Source: Neisseriaceae bacterium
GTDB taxonomy: Bacteria; Pseudomonadota; Gammaproteobacteria; Burkholderiales; Neisseriaceae
Assembly (NCBI GenBank): GCA_017991555.1
Contig: JAGOQM010000004.1
Span: 18,273-82,272, forward strand
Length of the DNA: 64,000 nt
Reading direction: 5' to 3'
Shown one piece after another: positions 19,953 to 30,564 of this stretch. The position numbers and the translations under genes are program-made. Every line of letters starts with the position of its first letter. Position 1 is the first letter of the stretch. The notes beneath the pieces are model-generated. The model saw only the letters and a list, made by a program, of their open reading frames with translations, was not told the origin of the DNA and did not search any database.

Positions 19953-20450
19953 TTATTGCTTGGTGGCGCTTTCGCTTTCCTGTTCGGCTAATTCGTTTAG
20001 GTGTTGCAAGTACATGGCTTCGAAGTTAATCGGGGCCAACAGGACCGGTGGCAAACCAGAACGCGCCACTAGGCTAGAAATGGCTTCACGGGCGTAAGGG
20101 AACAGCATGTTCGGGCAAGCGATGCCAAACAACGGCGCTAGATCTTGCTCGTCAATGTTTTTAACCGTGAAAATACCGGCTTGGGTGACTTCGGCTAGGA
20201 ATAGGGTACGGCCATCTTCCATCACCGCAGAGGTGGTGACTTTTAGTGAACCTTCGTAATAGTTTTCTTCCAGCTTGGTGCTGGCCGTCACCACTTGGAT
20301 GTCAATTTTCGGCTGCTCTTGCATCAAGAAAATTTCTGGGGCGTGTGGCACTTCCAAAGACAGGTCTTTGGTGTACACGCGGTCAATGCTGAAAGAAGGC
20401 TGTTCGTCTGCGCTGGCTGCGGCTTCAGTGTTTAAGTCTTGCTCACTCAT
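19953..20450 (-). CDS. secB: protein-export chaperone SecB
   Basis: 165 aa with a SecB pattern ([37 protein letters not shown]). Confidence 0.92.
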   Translation of the reverse strand: MSEQDLNTEAAASADEQPSFSIDRVYTKDLSLEVPHAPEIFLMQEQPKIDIQVVTASTKLEENYYEGSLKVTTSAVMEDGRTLFLAEVTQAGIFTVKNIDEQDLAPLFGIACPNMLFPYAREAISSLVARSGLPPVLLAPINFEAMYLQHLNELAEQESESATKQ

Positions 20451-20551
20451 GTTTAAACTTTCTAATAGAGGGTTTAATTTAAATAGTCGGCGGCCAGTGT
20501 AACATACCCGCCGTCTTGTGTTTCTATGAATAACGCATTAATTGACGCGGC

Positions 20552-20809
20552 TTAATTGCCCAATAAAGCGTCTAATTTACCTTGGGTATTCAAGGCGCTT
20601 AAATCATCAAACCCACCCACATGAGTGTCCCCGATGAAAATTTGTGGCACCGTGCGGCGACCGGTCAGCTCAATCATTTGATCGCGTACGGCAGGGTCTA
20701 AATCCACGCGAATTTCTTCAACCTCAGTCACGCCTTTTTGCTTTAACAGGTTTTTGGCCATCATGCAGTAAGGGCAAACTTGGGTGGTGTACATTTTTAC
20801 AGGGTTCAT
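20552..20809 (-). CDS. grxC: glutaredoxin 3
   Basis: 85 aa with active site CPYC and TVPQIFI. Confidence 0.92.
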   Translation of the reverse strand: MNPVKMYTTQVCPYCMMAKNLLKQKGVTEVEEIRVDLDPAVRDQMIELTGRRTVPQIFIGDTHVGGFDDLSALNTQGKLDALLGN

Positions 20810-20858
20810 CAGGTTCTCCAGTTGAGTAAACTGCTAAATGAGGGGCATGGTCTATTTT

Positions 20859-22271
20859 TCAAGAGCCATATTGGACAATCAATGCCTGAACCAGTTGATC
20901 CATGTCATCAAGATAACGGGTGGCGTTAGGGCTATTAATGACCACGGTGATGCTTAACGGCTTTTTGCTGGGGTCTTCTGGGAGCCAAAAGCCCGCCAAA
21001 GCCCGCACATTATTCAAGGTACCCGTTTTTAAGCGCAGTGGCGAGCCTAAATCTTTAAAGCGGGTCTTCAAAGTGCCGTCATTGCCCGCAATGGGCAGGC
21101 TGTCAATAAAGTCCTGCTTAAATGAGCTGTTGTAGGCTTGTTGCAACAGGTCGCCCATCAGGCGAGGGGTGAGGCGTTCTTTACGCGACAGCCCTGAGCC
21201 ATTTTCCAACACCAAAAAGTCGCGGTCGCGAACATGGTGCTGCGACAGGCTTTGGCGCACTTTGTTTTCGGCCTCGGTGGCGGTGTCGGCCTGCGCTTGA
21301 GCGTGGGTGCCGAGGGTCAGGTACAGGGTGCGCGCAATCACATTATTAGACGCCTTATTCATGTCTTGAATCACGCTTTTTAACGGAGGAGAGGCATGGG
21401 CGGCTAAAATTCTGGCGTTTTGGGGCGTTTTGCCGTTCATTAAGCTGGGCGTGCTTTGGCCGCCGAGCTGGGCCCAGTTGGCCAAAAAGCTTTGGTGGGC
21501 AAACGCCATCGTGGGCAAAACGTTGACGTAGGTTTGGTTGCCGATGCAGCTGGGCGGTAGGCTGCCGCTTAAAACGACCACGTTGTCGCCTTCGGTGTCG
21601 ACGTTCAGGTGGTTTTTAAGTTTGACGCAGCTTTGGGCCTGGCTGGGCTTGAGGTTAAGGCGCAGGCGCACATCGGGCAGCGCCGGAATCATGTCGACCT
21701 TGGGCTGGCCGTTGGCATCGGCTTTAATGTTCAGCCACGCCACTTTGTAGCCCACCATTTGAGGGTCGGGTGGGGTGGTGAAGGCTTCTTTAGCGTCGTC
21801 TAAAAACCCTTCTGCACTGCCCATGGTTTGCCAGATGCTGCGGTCAAACACGAGGCGCCCGTCGATGTGGTTAATCCCCTGCATTAGCAATTGCGCTTGC
21901 ATGGCCTGTAAGTCTTTTTGATCAAAAACCGAATCACCGCTGCCTTGCCAGTAAAGGTCGCCCTGGAGGGCGCCGTTTTTAATGGCGGCGTTGCTGCGAA
22001 AGAAGGTCGGCCACACATAGTCAGGCCCAAGCTTGTCTAGGGCGGCAAAGGTGGTGACCAGCTTCATGGTGGAGGCCGGATTGAAGGGCTTTTGGGCGTT
22101 GAGCTGATACAAGACCTGATTGTTGCGTAAGTCTTGCACGTAAATGCCAACCTCCTGGCTGGGGATGTTGCCTAGGTTTATGGCCTGAGCGGGCAGGCTT
22201 AGGGCAACGCTGAACAGCGTTGCCAGCACCGCGAGGGCGCGAGGGGGCTTAGTAAGCCAATGGATCGACAT
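20859..22271 (-). CDS. dacB: D-alanyl-D-alanine carboxypeptidase/endopeptidase (PBP4)
   Basis: 470 aa with a signal peptide, SxxK motif STMK and KTG motif LKTGTL. Confidence 0.88.
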   Translation of the reverse strand: MSIHWLTKPPRALAVLATLFSVALSLPAQAINLGNIPSQEVGIYVQDLRNNQVLYQLNAQKPFNPASTMKLVTTFAALDKLGPDYVWPTFFRSNAAIKNGALQGDLYWQGSGDSVFDQKDLQAMQAQLLMQGINHIDGRLVFDRSIWQTMGSAEGFLDDAKEAFTTPPDPQMVGYKVAWLNIKADANGQPKVDMIPALPDVRLRLNLKPSQAQSCVKLKNHLNVDTEGDNVVVLSGSLPPSCIGNQTYVNVLPTMAFAHQSFLANWAQLGGQSTPSLMNGKTPQNARILAAHASPPLKSVIQDMNKASNNVIARTLYLTLGTHAQAQADTATEAENKVRQSLSQHHVRDRDFLVLENGSGLSRKERLTPRLMGDLLQQAYNSSFKQDFIDSLPIAGNDGTLKTRFKDLGSPLRLKTGTLNNVRALAGFWLPEDPSKKPLSITVVINSPNATRYLDDMDQLVQALIVQYGS

Positions 22272-24423
22272 CGATAGACCACCTTAAGTCTTTATAGGGT
22301 TTAGCCAGCAGGGGCAGCAAGGATTCTGCCGTCGCCGCGACCTGATGCAGGGCGCTGCGTTTAGGCCCCTCAATAAACAGCTGGGCACGTTCGCGCCCGG
22401 CCAGGCGCACCATGAAAGCGGGCGCTGGGCCCATGATGAACACGCTGTCGGGCGCATCCAGCTGGGCTTTGAGTTCGGTTAGAAATTTAATCGCCTCGTG
22501 GATGAGTGGCGCGTCGGCCTTGATCGCAATGCTGTGCTGAAAGGGGCTAAAGCCAAACAGCTTGCGGTTGGCCAGCTCTTCGTCGGCAAAGCGAACATAG
22601 TCATGCGCTTTGAGCGCTTGAAACACCGGATGGTCGGGCACCTGCGTTTGAATCAGCACCTGGCCTTTGCTGTCGGCCCGGCCCGAGCGGCCCGCCACCT
22701 GAGCCAGCTCGCTAAACATGTGCTCACTGGCGCGAAAATCGGGGCTGTAAAGGCCGCCGTCGGCGTTCATCACCACCACCAGGTTTAAGCGGCCAAAGTC
22801 GTGGCCCTTAGACAGCATTTGGGTGCCGACCAGCACATCTACCTCTTGGTTGTGAATCTGCTGATACAGAATATCCCAGTCGTTTTTTTTGCTGGTGCTG
22901 TCGCGGTCAACCCGCTTGATGCGGGCCTTGGGCAAGGCCTGCTGGAGGGTTTCTTCCACCCGCTGGGTGCCCTGGCCCACGGCGGTGAGGTCTTGGTTGC
23001 CGCATTCAGGGCAGGCGGTGGGCACGGGCTCCACGTGGTTGCAATGGTGGCAGCGCAGGTGATGGGCCAAGCGGTGAAACACCATTTTGGCCGAACACAT
23101 CGGGCAGCCAAAGCTGTGGCCGCAGTCGGTACACATCAGCGCGGGCGCAAAGCCGCGGCGATTGAGGTAGACCAGGCTTAAGCCCCCGTCTTGATGATTT
23201 TTTTTCAGCGCCGCCAGGGTTTTTTTGCTGAAACCATTGTCGAGAAACTGACGCCCGACGTCTTCAATCAGCACTTCCGGCAGTGTGGCCGCGGTGTGGG
23301 CGCGCTGGCTGAGGGTCAAAAGCTGATAGTGGCCGGCCTTGGCGTGTTGCCAAGATTCTAGGCTGGGGGTGGCGCTGCCCAGAATAATGGGGCAGCCGCT
23401 TTGCTTGGCGCGCCACACGGCTAGGTCGCGGGCCTGATAGCGTAGGTCGTTGTCTTGCTTAAACGAGCCATCATGCTCTTCGTCGACCACGATGAGGCCC
23501 AGCTTGGGCAGCGGCGTAAACACGCTGAGGCGGGTGCCAATGATCAGCTGGGCGCGGCCGCTTTGGGCGGCCAAATAGTTTTGGGTGCGTTCGCTGGCTG
23601 CGGTTTGGCTGTGCAATACCACACAGCCGACGTGCTCAAAGCGGGCTTGAATGCGGGTTAACAGCTGCGGCGTGAGGTTGATTTCGGGCAGTAAAAACAG
23701 CACCTGCTGGCCACGCGCCAGGGCGGTGGCGATGACTTGGAAATACACTTCGGTTTTGCCGCTGCCGGTAATCCCAAACAGCAAGTAGGGGGCGAAGGTG
23801 CCCAAGCGGGCGCTGACAAGGTCAACCGCCTGCTGCTGTTCGGGGTTGAGGACGTGGTCGCTGGGCAGCACGCGCCCGCTGGGGCCGTCGTGCTCGACGA
23901 TCCAACCGGCCTCGGCCCAATCATCTATGTTTTTTTGGGCCTGTGGGTGGTGTTTTTTTAGCTGTGATAGGGGCGTTGGCCCGGCTGCTAAGGCCTGCCA
24001 TAGCGCGTGTTTGCGGGCATGGCTGGCCGGCGGCGCGGTGGCGTCCTGTCCTGGCGCACTCAAGGCGAAATAGCGCTCTGAGGGGCGTAAAATGGCGGCC
24101 TGATGCTGCTTGAGGCCGCTGGGCAGGGCGGTAAACACGGTTTGGCCTAAGGGGTGGTGATAGTAGCGGGCACAAAAATCCATTAAGGCACGCCAATCGT
24201 CGGACAAGGGAAGGGCGTCTGCCAACACGGATTGAATGGGCAATATTTTATGGGCGGCCACGTCCAGCGTGTCGGTGTGGGCCCAAACGAGGCCACAAAC
24301 GGTTTTACCCCGAAACGAAACCAGCACGCGCGTACCCGGCGCGAGCAGGGTCGCCGACTGATAGGTAAAGAGGCGGTACAGGGGAACGTCAATGGCCACT
24401 TGATGATAGTAAACGGGCGTCAT
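22249..24423 (-). CDS. priA: primosomal replication-restart helicase PriA
   Basis: Walker A GITGSGKTEVY, DEEH box VVDEEHD and a Cys-rich zinc-binding insert. I trimmed the start to the ATG at 24423 (MTPVYYHQVAIDVPL). The 3' end overlaps the dacB start by 23 nt. Confidence 0.92.
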   Translation of the reverse strand: MTPVYYHQVAIDVPLYRLFTYQSATLLAPGTRVLVSFRGKTVCGLVWAHTDTLDVAAHKILPIQSVLADALPLSDDWRALMDFCARYYHHPLGQTVFTALPSGLKQHQAAILRPSERYFALSAPGQDATAPPASHARKHALWQALAAGPTPLSQLKKHHPQAQKNIDDWAEAGWIVEHDGPSGRVLPSDHVLNPEQQQAVDLVSARLGTFAPYLLFGITGSGKTEVYFQVIATALARGQQVLFLLPEINLTPQLLTRIQARFEHVGCVVLHSQTAASERTQNYLAAQSGRAQLIIGTRLSVFTPLPKLGLIVVDEEHDGSFKQDNDLRYQARDLAVWRAKQSGCPIILGSATPSLESWQHAKAGHYQLLTLSQRAHTAATLPEVLIEDVGRQFLDNGFSKKTLAALKKNHQDGGLSLVYLNRRGFAPALMCTDCGHSFGCPMCSAKMVFHRLAHHLRCHHCNHVEPVPTACPECGNQDLTAVGQGTQRVEETLQQALPKARIKRVDRDSTSKKNDWDILYQQIHNQEVDVLVGTQMLSKGHDFGRLNLVVVMNADGGLYSPDFRASEHMFSELAQVAGRSGRADSKGQVLIQTQVPDHPVFQALKAHDYVRFADEELANRKLFGFSPFQHSIAIKADAPLIHEAIKFLTELKAQLDAPDSVFIMGPAPAFMVRLAGRERAQLFIEGPKRSALHQVAATAESLLPLLAKPYKDLRWSIDVDPLAY

Positions 24424-24502
24424 GGTGAAATCATGCCATAAAAAAAGCCAAAAACCCATCCTATTTTAGGGCAATGCTGGGTTAGCTGAGTGTTTTTGAG
24501 GG

Positions 24503-24523
24503 TGTGGATAACTTTGTGGATAA
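24503..24523 (+). promoter_or_regulatory. two tandem perfect DnaA boxes (TGTGGATAA at 24503-24511 and 24515-24523)
   Basis: Exact matches to the complement of the TTATCCACA consensus. They are direct repeats 12 bp centre to centre, about 80-100 bp upstream of the priA start. Confidence 0.6.
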
Positions 24524-24682
24524 ATCGTTAATCAAATCAAAGTCATCATAAAGTCAACTAAAAAAATTCAATAAATACAAAATGCTTGCATTAATATTGA
24601 GTTACATCAACAAGTTACGGGTGGTTTTAAAAAATGTTGATTTAATTCAAAAAATTAAGTCCCTGATGTTGGGGCGTTTTAT

Positions 24683-24691
24683 TGTGAATAA
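24683..24691 (+). promoter_or_regulatory. third near-consensus DnaA box (TGTGAATAA)
   Basis: One mismatch to the consensus. Same orientation as the two perfect boxes. Confidence 0.4.
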
Positions 24692-24724
24692 AAAAGGCCA
24701 TAACGCACGATTATGGCCTTTTTG
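24689..24724 (-). terminator. rho-independent (bidirectional-looking) terminator of hemE
   Basis: Stem aaggccataa/ttatggcctt flanked by an A-run and a T-run. Confidence 0.8.
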
Positions 24725-24742
24725 TTTATATGTTTAAACTAT

Positions 24743-25807
24743 TTAAACATGGTACTGCTTGGACAGTCTGTGTACTGCTTCAACCAGTGCGGCGGCATGC
24801 TCTGGCGGCGTAAACTGATTGATGCCATGGCCTAGGTTAAAGATGTGGCCAGAGCCGTGGCCGTAGTCTGCCAAAATGCGCGCGGCTTCGGCTTCGATGG
24901 CTTCGGGGGTGCCAAATAGGGCGAAGGGGTCGAAGTTGCCCTGTAGTGCGACTTTGTCGCCCACGCGTTGGCGTGCTTCACCGATGTTGCAACTCCAGTC
25001 TAAGCCTAGGGCATCGGCGCCAATGGCGGCCATTTTTTCAAGCCATAGGCCACCGCCTTTGGTAAACACAATGACCGGTACTTTACGGCCGTCGTGTTCG
25101 CGTTTTAGGCCCGCAATGATTTGCTGCATGTAGTTGAGGCTAAAGGTTTCGTAAGCGGCATCGCTTAACACACCGCCCCAAGAGTCAAAAATTTGAACGG
25201 CTTGGGCACCGGCTTCGATTTGGGCATTCAAGTAATCAATGACGGCTTGAGTGTTGACCGCCAAGATTTTGTGCAATAGGTCTGGGCGGCGATACATCAT
25301 GGTTTTAATGGTGCGGTAATCTTTACTGCTGCTGCCTTCGACCATGTAGCACGCTAGGGTAAAGGGGCTGCCAGAAAAACCGATCAAGGGCACGCGGCCA
25401 TCTAGGGCCTTACGAATGCTGCTGACGGCGTCGGTCACGTATTTTAAACTGTCTTCCACATGGGGCACGGCCAATTTGTTAATGGCGTCTTCATGCTGGA
25501 GCGGGCGCTCAAACTTGGGGCCTTCGCCTTCGGCAAAGTATAGGCCTAGGCCCATGGCGTCTGGGATGGTCAAAATGTCAGAAAACAGAATCGCCGCATC
25601 TAGGGGAAAGCGTTCTAACGGTTGAATGGTCACTTCGGTGGCCAAATCGGTGTTTTTGCATAAATCTAAGAAGCTACCCGCTTCGGCACGAGTGGCTTTA
25701 TACTCAGGTAAATAACGACCTGCTTGGCGCATCATCCAAATGGGGGTGTATTCAACAGGCTCTTTGAGTAATGCTCGCAAGAAAGTATCATTTTTTAATT
25801 GTGTCAT
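24743..25807 (-). CDS. hemE: uroporphyrinogen decarboxylase
   Basis: Contains the signature [15 protein letters not shown]. The ATG is at 25807; an in-frame GTG one codon upstream at 25810 is the ORF-track start. Confidence 0.94.
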   Translation of the reverse strand: MTQLKNDTFLRALLKEPVEYTPIWMMRQAGRYLPEYKATRAEAGSFLDLCKNTDLATEVTIQPLERFPLDAAILFSDILTIPDAMGLGLYFAEGEGPKFERPLQHEDAINKLAVPHVEDSLKYVTDAVSSIRKALDGRVPLIGFSGSPFTLACYMVEGSSSKDYRTIKTMMYRRPDLLHKILAVNTQAVIDYLNAQIEAGAQAVQIFDSWGGVLSDAAYETFSLNYMQQIIAGLKREHDGRKVPVIVFTKGGGLWLEKMAAIGADALGLDWSCNIGEARQRVGDKVALQGNFDPFALFGTPEAIEAEAARILADYGHGSGHIFNLGHGINQFTPPEHAAALVEAVHRLSKQYHV

Positions 25808-25957
25808 CACGAAACCCTATTTATAAATTAAGCCAGATTATAGCCTAAATCAAAGGTTACTGTTCGGTTGAGACCGAAATATAACCTTGACCCACGTCAT
25901 GGCGTGGCCATCGCACGGGGCAGGCAAATACCAAACTTTAGGAAAGCGAACCACACC

Positions 25958-26410
25958 ATGCGGTTATTGACCACCACGGATTTAAGCAGCCCACTGTACG
26001 CTCAGGCCATCGCCATTCGGACAGAGGTATTCATTGACGAACAAGGGATTGCGGCCGATTTAGAGCTGGATGCCCTAGAAGGCGAGTGCGTGCACATGTT
26101 GCTGGTGCCTAAGGACGCGCCTGATGCGGCGGTGGCCTGCTGTCGGGTGTTGCCTTTGAGCGCGACCGAGTTAAAAGTACAGCGGGTGGCGGTGCCGTTA
26201 TCGCATCGAGGCCAAGGTCATGGCGTGGCGCTGATGCAGCAGCTGGCCGAATGGGCCCGCATTCAGGGTTATGCGCGCTTGGTGTTGGGGGCGCAGAGCA
26301 GCGCCTTGGGGTTTTATCAAAACCTGGGTTATGCGGTGACCTCCGAGCCTTACTTGAGCGTGGGCTTGTGGCATCAGGATATGGCGTTAATTTTGGTCCA
26401 GCAGGACTAG
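25958..26410 (+). CDS. GNAT-family N-acetyltransferase
   Basis: 150 aa with the acetyl-CoA motif RGQGHGVALM. The ATG at 25958 is preceded by AGGAAAG. The ORF-track start at 25868 is an unlikely extension. Confidence 0.75.
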   Translation: MRLLTTTDLSSPLYAQAIAIRTEVFIDEQGIAADLELDALEGECVHMLLVPKDAPDAAVACCRVLPLSATELKVQRVAVPLSHRGQGHGVALMQQLAEWARIQGYARLVLGAQSSALGFYQNLGYAVTSEPYLSVGLWHQDMALILVQQD

Positions 26411-26416
26411 GGCGAG

Positions 26417-26460
26417 AAGCCTTCAGCCCTTACGGGGCGGGCGCTGAAGGCTTGTGTTTG
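26417..26460 (+). terminator. probable terminator hairpin after the GNAT gene
   Basis: Stem aagccttcagc/gctgaaggctt. The following T-tract (gtgtttg) is weak. Confidence 0.5.
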
Positions 26461-26638
26461 TGGCTAAGTGTTTAATTTGATACAATTGTTTCTTTTTTTT
26501 GCTTCATGGCCCGTCACAATAACGCTTATAATTGCCATGAAAATCGCCGTTTTGGTTTGTGTTTTTTGTTGTCTTTGGGCGTGCGTTCCCTGTTGTTGAT
26601 GGTGAAGCCTTTTATTAACTATTGAGAGTGAGGCCCCT

Positions 26639-28912
26639 TTGAGTTTTATTAAAAAACTACAGCAATCATCTACTCTAAATCCTTATGTTTTTCTACCCAG
26701 CATTGCCTTTATCTTGGCGATCACCATTGTTTGTTCGGTTTTTCCCGAGCGCTCACAAATCATGCTTAATCAGGCCAAAGACCTGATTTTTGATTATTTC
26801 AGCTGGTTTTATGTGCTCACCGCTTCCATTTTTATCGTGTTCTTACTGTTCTTGGCCTTTAGCCGCATTGGCGACATCCGTTTGGGCGCCGACGACGAGC
26901 AGCCAGAGTTTCCATTCATCTCGTGGTTGGCCATGCTGTTTGCCGCCGGGATGGGGATTGGCCTCATGTATTTTGGCGTGGCCGAGCCGTTGTCGCACTA
27001 TGCCAACCCGTTGAGTTCGGGGATGGACCAGCCGCAAACCATTAAAGAAGCGTCGCTGTATGCGTTTTACCACTGGGGCATTCATGCCTGGGGCATTTAT
27101 GCCGTCATTGGTTTGGCGCTGACCTATTTTGGTTTTCGTTACAAGCTGCCGTTGAGCGTTCGCTCTGGCTTCTATCCTTTATTAAAAAACCGCATTAATG
27201 GCCCCATTGGCCATGGCATCGACACCGTGGCGCTGTGTATTACCGTGTTTGGTGTGTGTACCACCCTAGGCTACGGCGCCATGCAGATGAACGCCGGTTT
27301 GTTCAGCCTTAACTGGGTGGGCGAAAACGACTTCACTTCTAATGCCATAATCATTATGGTGGTGACTGCGTTGGCGGTGATGTCGGCGATGTCTGGGGTG
27401 GGTAATGGCGTGCGCCGACTGAGTGAAATTAACCTGGTCGTGGCCGTCCTGCTGATGCTGTTTGTGTTGGTGACGGGCCCCACCCTGTTCGTGCTGTCTG
27501 GCTTTACCGAAAACATCGGCAACTACTTTAGTAAGTTGGTTAGCCTGAGCTTTACCAACTTTGCTTATGAGCCAGAAAAAGCCGGTTGGTTTAGGGGTTG
27601 GACGGTGCTGTACTGGGCCTGGTGGGTTTCCTGGGCGCCGTTTGTGGGCTTATTTATTGCGCGCATTTCGCGTGGCCGTACCATTCGTGAGTTTGTATTG
27701 GGGGTGATGTTTATTCCGTCGATGTTTAACTTCTTGTGGATGACGGTGTTTGGCAGCAGTGCGATTTGGATCGACATCAACGTGGCCCACGGCGCTTTGA
27801 GTAGCCTCGTGAACACGCCGGACGGCCTGTTGTTTGCCTTCTTTGAATACCTACCGTTTTCGACCCTGCTGAGCATCATTGCGGTGTTGATTATTTCGCT
27901 GTTCTTTATTACGTCGGCCGACTCCAGTATTTATGTGATGAACTCACTGGCTTCTGGCGGTCGTGGCGATTCGCCGCCTTGGCAAAGCATGTTCTGGGGC
28001 GTGTTGTTGGTGGTCTTGTCCTTGTCCTTGCTCCGATCAGGGGGCTTGCCGGCCTTGCAGACCATGACGCTGATCATCGCGCTGCCGTTTATGGGGATCA
28101 TGCTGGTGCTCTGTTACGGGATGTGGAAGGGCTTTGTGGTCGACAACCAGTACTTTAGGCAAGACTTTAACTATGGCAGCGCCTTTTGGAGCGGTCGCCA
28201 TTGGAAGAAGCAGCTGAAGCAAATTTTAAGCCAGCCCCAGCAAGAAGAAGCGGTGACGTTTATTAACCGCATTGCCTTCCCCGCTTTGACGGCCTTATCG
28301 AAAGAGCTGACTGAGTATGGTCTAGACGTTAATGTGACCAAAAAAGAGGAAGCCCCTTACGAAACCGAGCTGTTGATTAAGGTGGACTCTATCTGTAACT
28401 TTACCTACGGCATCAAAATTCAAAAGGTTGAGGTGCATTCAGACCTATTGGACGATGATTCGGTGCCAACGGTCGAAAACAGCCACAGCTACGAGCCCGT
28501 GACGTTCTTTGGCGACGGCCGTTTGGGCTATGACGTTCAGTACATGACCAAGAATGAAATCATTACCGACGTACTGAAACAGTATGAGCGCTACATGAGT
28601 TTGGTGATGGACCCATCGAATCAGCTGATGACCCAAAACGTGACCAAGGATCAGATGGCCGAAGAAGAGGCTTTACGCGAAGCCGCACAGAAAGACGCTG
28701 AAGCGGCGGAGGCTGAAGTGACCGCTGCTGCGGACGCCGCTGACTCAAGCGCGGTCGCCGCCGAAGCCAGCGCCGAGGCGACCGAGGCCGCGGCAGAGGA
28801 GACGGCCACCGAGCCTCTGCCCGTGGTGGATCAGTTTGAGGTTGAGATTCCGAGCGAGCCGGAAACACCGCTAGCCGAGGGTGATCGACCCAAGGATGCG
28901 GACAACCGTTAA
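26639..28912 (+). CDS. BCCT-family (BetT-like) choline/betaine transporter with a long C-terminal cytoplasmic extension
   Basis: 757 aa with the BCCT signature WTVLYWAWWVSWAPFVGLFIARISRGRTIREF. TTG start after a GAGAGTGAGG RBS. Acidic Ala/Glu-rich tail. Confidence 0.88.
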   Translation: MSFIKKLQQSSTLNPYVFLPSIAFILAITIVCSVFPERSQIMLNQAKDLIFDYFSWFYVLTASIFIVFLLFLAFSRIGDIRLGADDEQPEFPFISWLAMLFAAGMGIGLMYFGVAEPLSHYANPLSSGMDQPQTIKEASLYAFYHWGIHAWGIYAVIGLALTYFGFRYKLPLSVRSGFYPLLKNRINGPIGHGIDTVALCITVFGVCTTLGYGAMQMNAGLFSLNWVGENDFTSNAIIIMVVTALAVMSAMSGVGNGVRRLSEINLVVAVLLMLFVLVTGPTLFVLSGFTENIGNYFSKLVSLSFTNFAYEPEKAGWFRGWTVLYWAWWVSWAPFVGLFIARISRGRTIREFVLGVMFIPSMFNFLWMTVFGSSAIWIDINVAHGALSSLVNTPDGLLFAFFEYLPFSTLLSIIAVLIISLFFITSADSSIYVMNSLASGGRGDSPPWQSMFWGVLLVVLSLSLLRSGGLPALQTMTLIIALPFMGIMLVLCYGMWKGFVVDNQYFRQDFNYGSAFWSGRHWKKQLKQILSQPQQEEAVTFINRIAFPALTALSKELTEYGLDVNVTKKEEAPYETELLIKVDSICNFTYGIKIQKVEVHSDLLDDDSVPTVENSHSYEPVTFFGDGRLGYDVQYMTKNEIITDVLKQYERYMSLVMDPSNQLMTQNVTKDQMAEEEALREAAQKDAEAAEAEVTAAADAADSSAVAAEASAEATEAAAEETATEPLPVVDQFEVEIPSEPETPLAEGDRPKDADNR

Positions 28913-28925
28913 ATTAAGCATGGCC

Positions 28926-28959
28926 AAACCGCTGCTTCTGATGAGGCAGCGGTTTTTTT
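28926..28959 (+). terminator. rho-independent terminator of the BCCT transporter gene
   Basis: Stem aaaccgctgc/gcagcggttt followed by a T-run. Confidence 0.85.
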
Positions 28960-28988
28960 GTATTTGATTGATGGCGGGCAGCAGGCCA

Positions 28989-29021
28989 TAAAAAACGCCA
29001 CCGCGTGCAGCAGGTGGCGTT
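28989..29021 (-). terminator. rho-independent terminator of asd
   Basis: Stem aacgccacc/ggtggcgtt with an A-run on the plus strand. Confidence 0.8.
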
Positions 29022-29042
29022 GGGGCCGACTAAAAGGGTGTG

Positions 29043-30152
29043 TTACTTGGCCAGAATGATGCGCAGCATGCGGCGTAGCGGTTCGGCCGCGCCCCAAAGC
29101 AGTTGGTCGCCGACGGTAAAGGCGCTGATGTATTCACCGCCCATGGCCAGCTTACGAATGCGGCCAACGGGGATGGCCAGCGTGCCGGTCACGGCCGCAG
29201 GCGACAGTTCCGCCATGGAGGCTTCTTTGGTGTTGGGCACCACTTTCACCCAGTCGTTGGCGCCGGCAAGTAGGGCTTCAATTTCCGCTACCGGCAGGTC
29301 TTTTTTCAACTTCAGGGTCAAGGCTTGGCTATGGCAGCGCATGGCGCCTACGCGCACGCACAGGCCATCGATGATGGTTTTGCGGTCGGTGCCCAAAATC
29401 TTGTTGGTTTCGACGTCGCCTTTCCACTCTTCTTTCGATTGGCCATTGCCGAGGTCGGCGTCAATCCAAGGGATCAGGCTACCGGCTAAAGGCGCGCCAA
29501 AGTTAGCGTCGGGGAAGCGGTCGCTGCGCATGAAGTCAGACACTTTGCGGTCGATGTCTAAAATGGCGCTGGCGGGATCGGCCAATTCGGCGGCCACTTC
29601 GGCTTCAATCGCGCCCATGCCTTGAATCAGCTCACGCATGTTTTTAGCACCGGCGCCAGAAGCCGCCTGATAGGTCATCGAGCTGGCCCATTCAACCAGG
29701 TTGTTTTGGAACAAACCGCCTAGGGCCATCAGCATTAAAGAGACGGTGCAGTTGCCGCCGACGAAGTTTTTCACGCCCTTGGCCAAGCCTTGGTCGATCA
29801 CGTCACGGTTCACCGGGTCTAGAATGATGAGGGCATCGTCTTCCATGCGAAGGCTCGACGCTGCGTCAATCCAGTAACCCTGCCAGCCGCTGTCGCGCAG
29901 CGGTTGGAACACGCTGTTGGTGTAATCGCCGCCCTGACAGGTCACAATAATGTCCATTTGAGCCAACGCTTGGATGTCGTTCGCATCCTTTAAGGGCGGC
30001 ACGTCTTTACCGATGTTGGGCGCTTGACCGCCCACATTAGAGGTCGTAAAAAAGACTGGCTCTGTAATGTGGTTAAAATCTAGCTCCTGTTGCATGCGTT
30101 GCATCAACACCGAACCCACCATGCCACGCCAACCGACAAATCCTACTTTCAC
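29043..30152 (-). CDS. asd: aspartate-semialdehyde dehydrogenase
   Basis: 369 aa. The N-terminus [16 protein letters not shown] and the overall pattern match the gamma/beta-type Asd. Confidence 0.94.
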   Translation of the reverse strand: MKVGFVGWRGMVGSVLMQRMQQELDFNHITEPVFFTTSNVGGQAPNIGKDVPPLKDANDIQALAQMDIIVTCQGGDYTNSVFQPLRDSGWQGYWIDAASSLRMEDDALIILDPVNRDVIDQGLAKGVKNFVGGNCTVSLMLMALGGLFQNNLVEWASSMTYQAASGAGAKNMRELIQGMGAIEAEVAAELADPASAILDIDRKVSDFMRSDRFPDANFGAPLAGSLIPWIDADLGNGQSKEEWKGDVETNKILGTDRKTIIDGLCVRVGAMRCHSQALTLKLKKDLPVAEIEALLAGANDWVKVVPNTKEASMAELSPAAVTGTLAIPVGRIRKLAMGGEYISAFTVGDQLLWGAAEPLRRMLRIILAK

Positions 30153-30564
30153 AGTATTACTCCTCTAAACTCTAGATCAACAAATGATAAAAATAATAAA
30201 AGCCAAATAAATAAAAGCTCATATACTAATAAAGATGAATCATTAGTTGTAACCTCATCAACCAAAAAAGTAAAGATGCGGCCGCCTGCTTTGTCAAAAA
30301 ATAATTGTGCCGAGGCCTTATCGAGGCGTCTTTGTCAATATGACCAAGGCCCATATATGGAAAAAACCGCCGCAAATGGTTTGGTTCGGGCTATAATTGA
30401 AAACTTTAAATGGGCGCCTAGGCCATAAATGGCTTTGCGTGATGATGTGTTCTAGGGTGACGACCCATCTTAAGCTGCCTGACCGTTGTGGTTCAGGTTG
30501 CTCATGCTTAAACCGCGTTGATTTGACGCATAACCCCAATCAAACAAGAAAGGGATTTGGCAGC

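Noticed and set aside
24460-24742. The priA/hemE spacer as the chromosomal origin oriC
   Set aside because: There are only three DnaA boxes. I could not see 13-mer-type AT-rich repeats or GATC clusters. The neighbourhood lacks dnaA, dnaN, rpmH, gidA and mioC. I kept it as a DnaA-binding regulatory candidate instead.
30090-30428. 112-aa ORF in the AT-rich asd/pssA spacer
   Set aside because: It begins antisense inside asd. Its Asn/Lys/Ser-rich composition reflects AT-rich DNA. It has no RBS and no recognisable domain.
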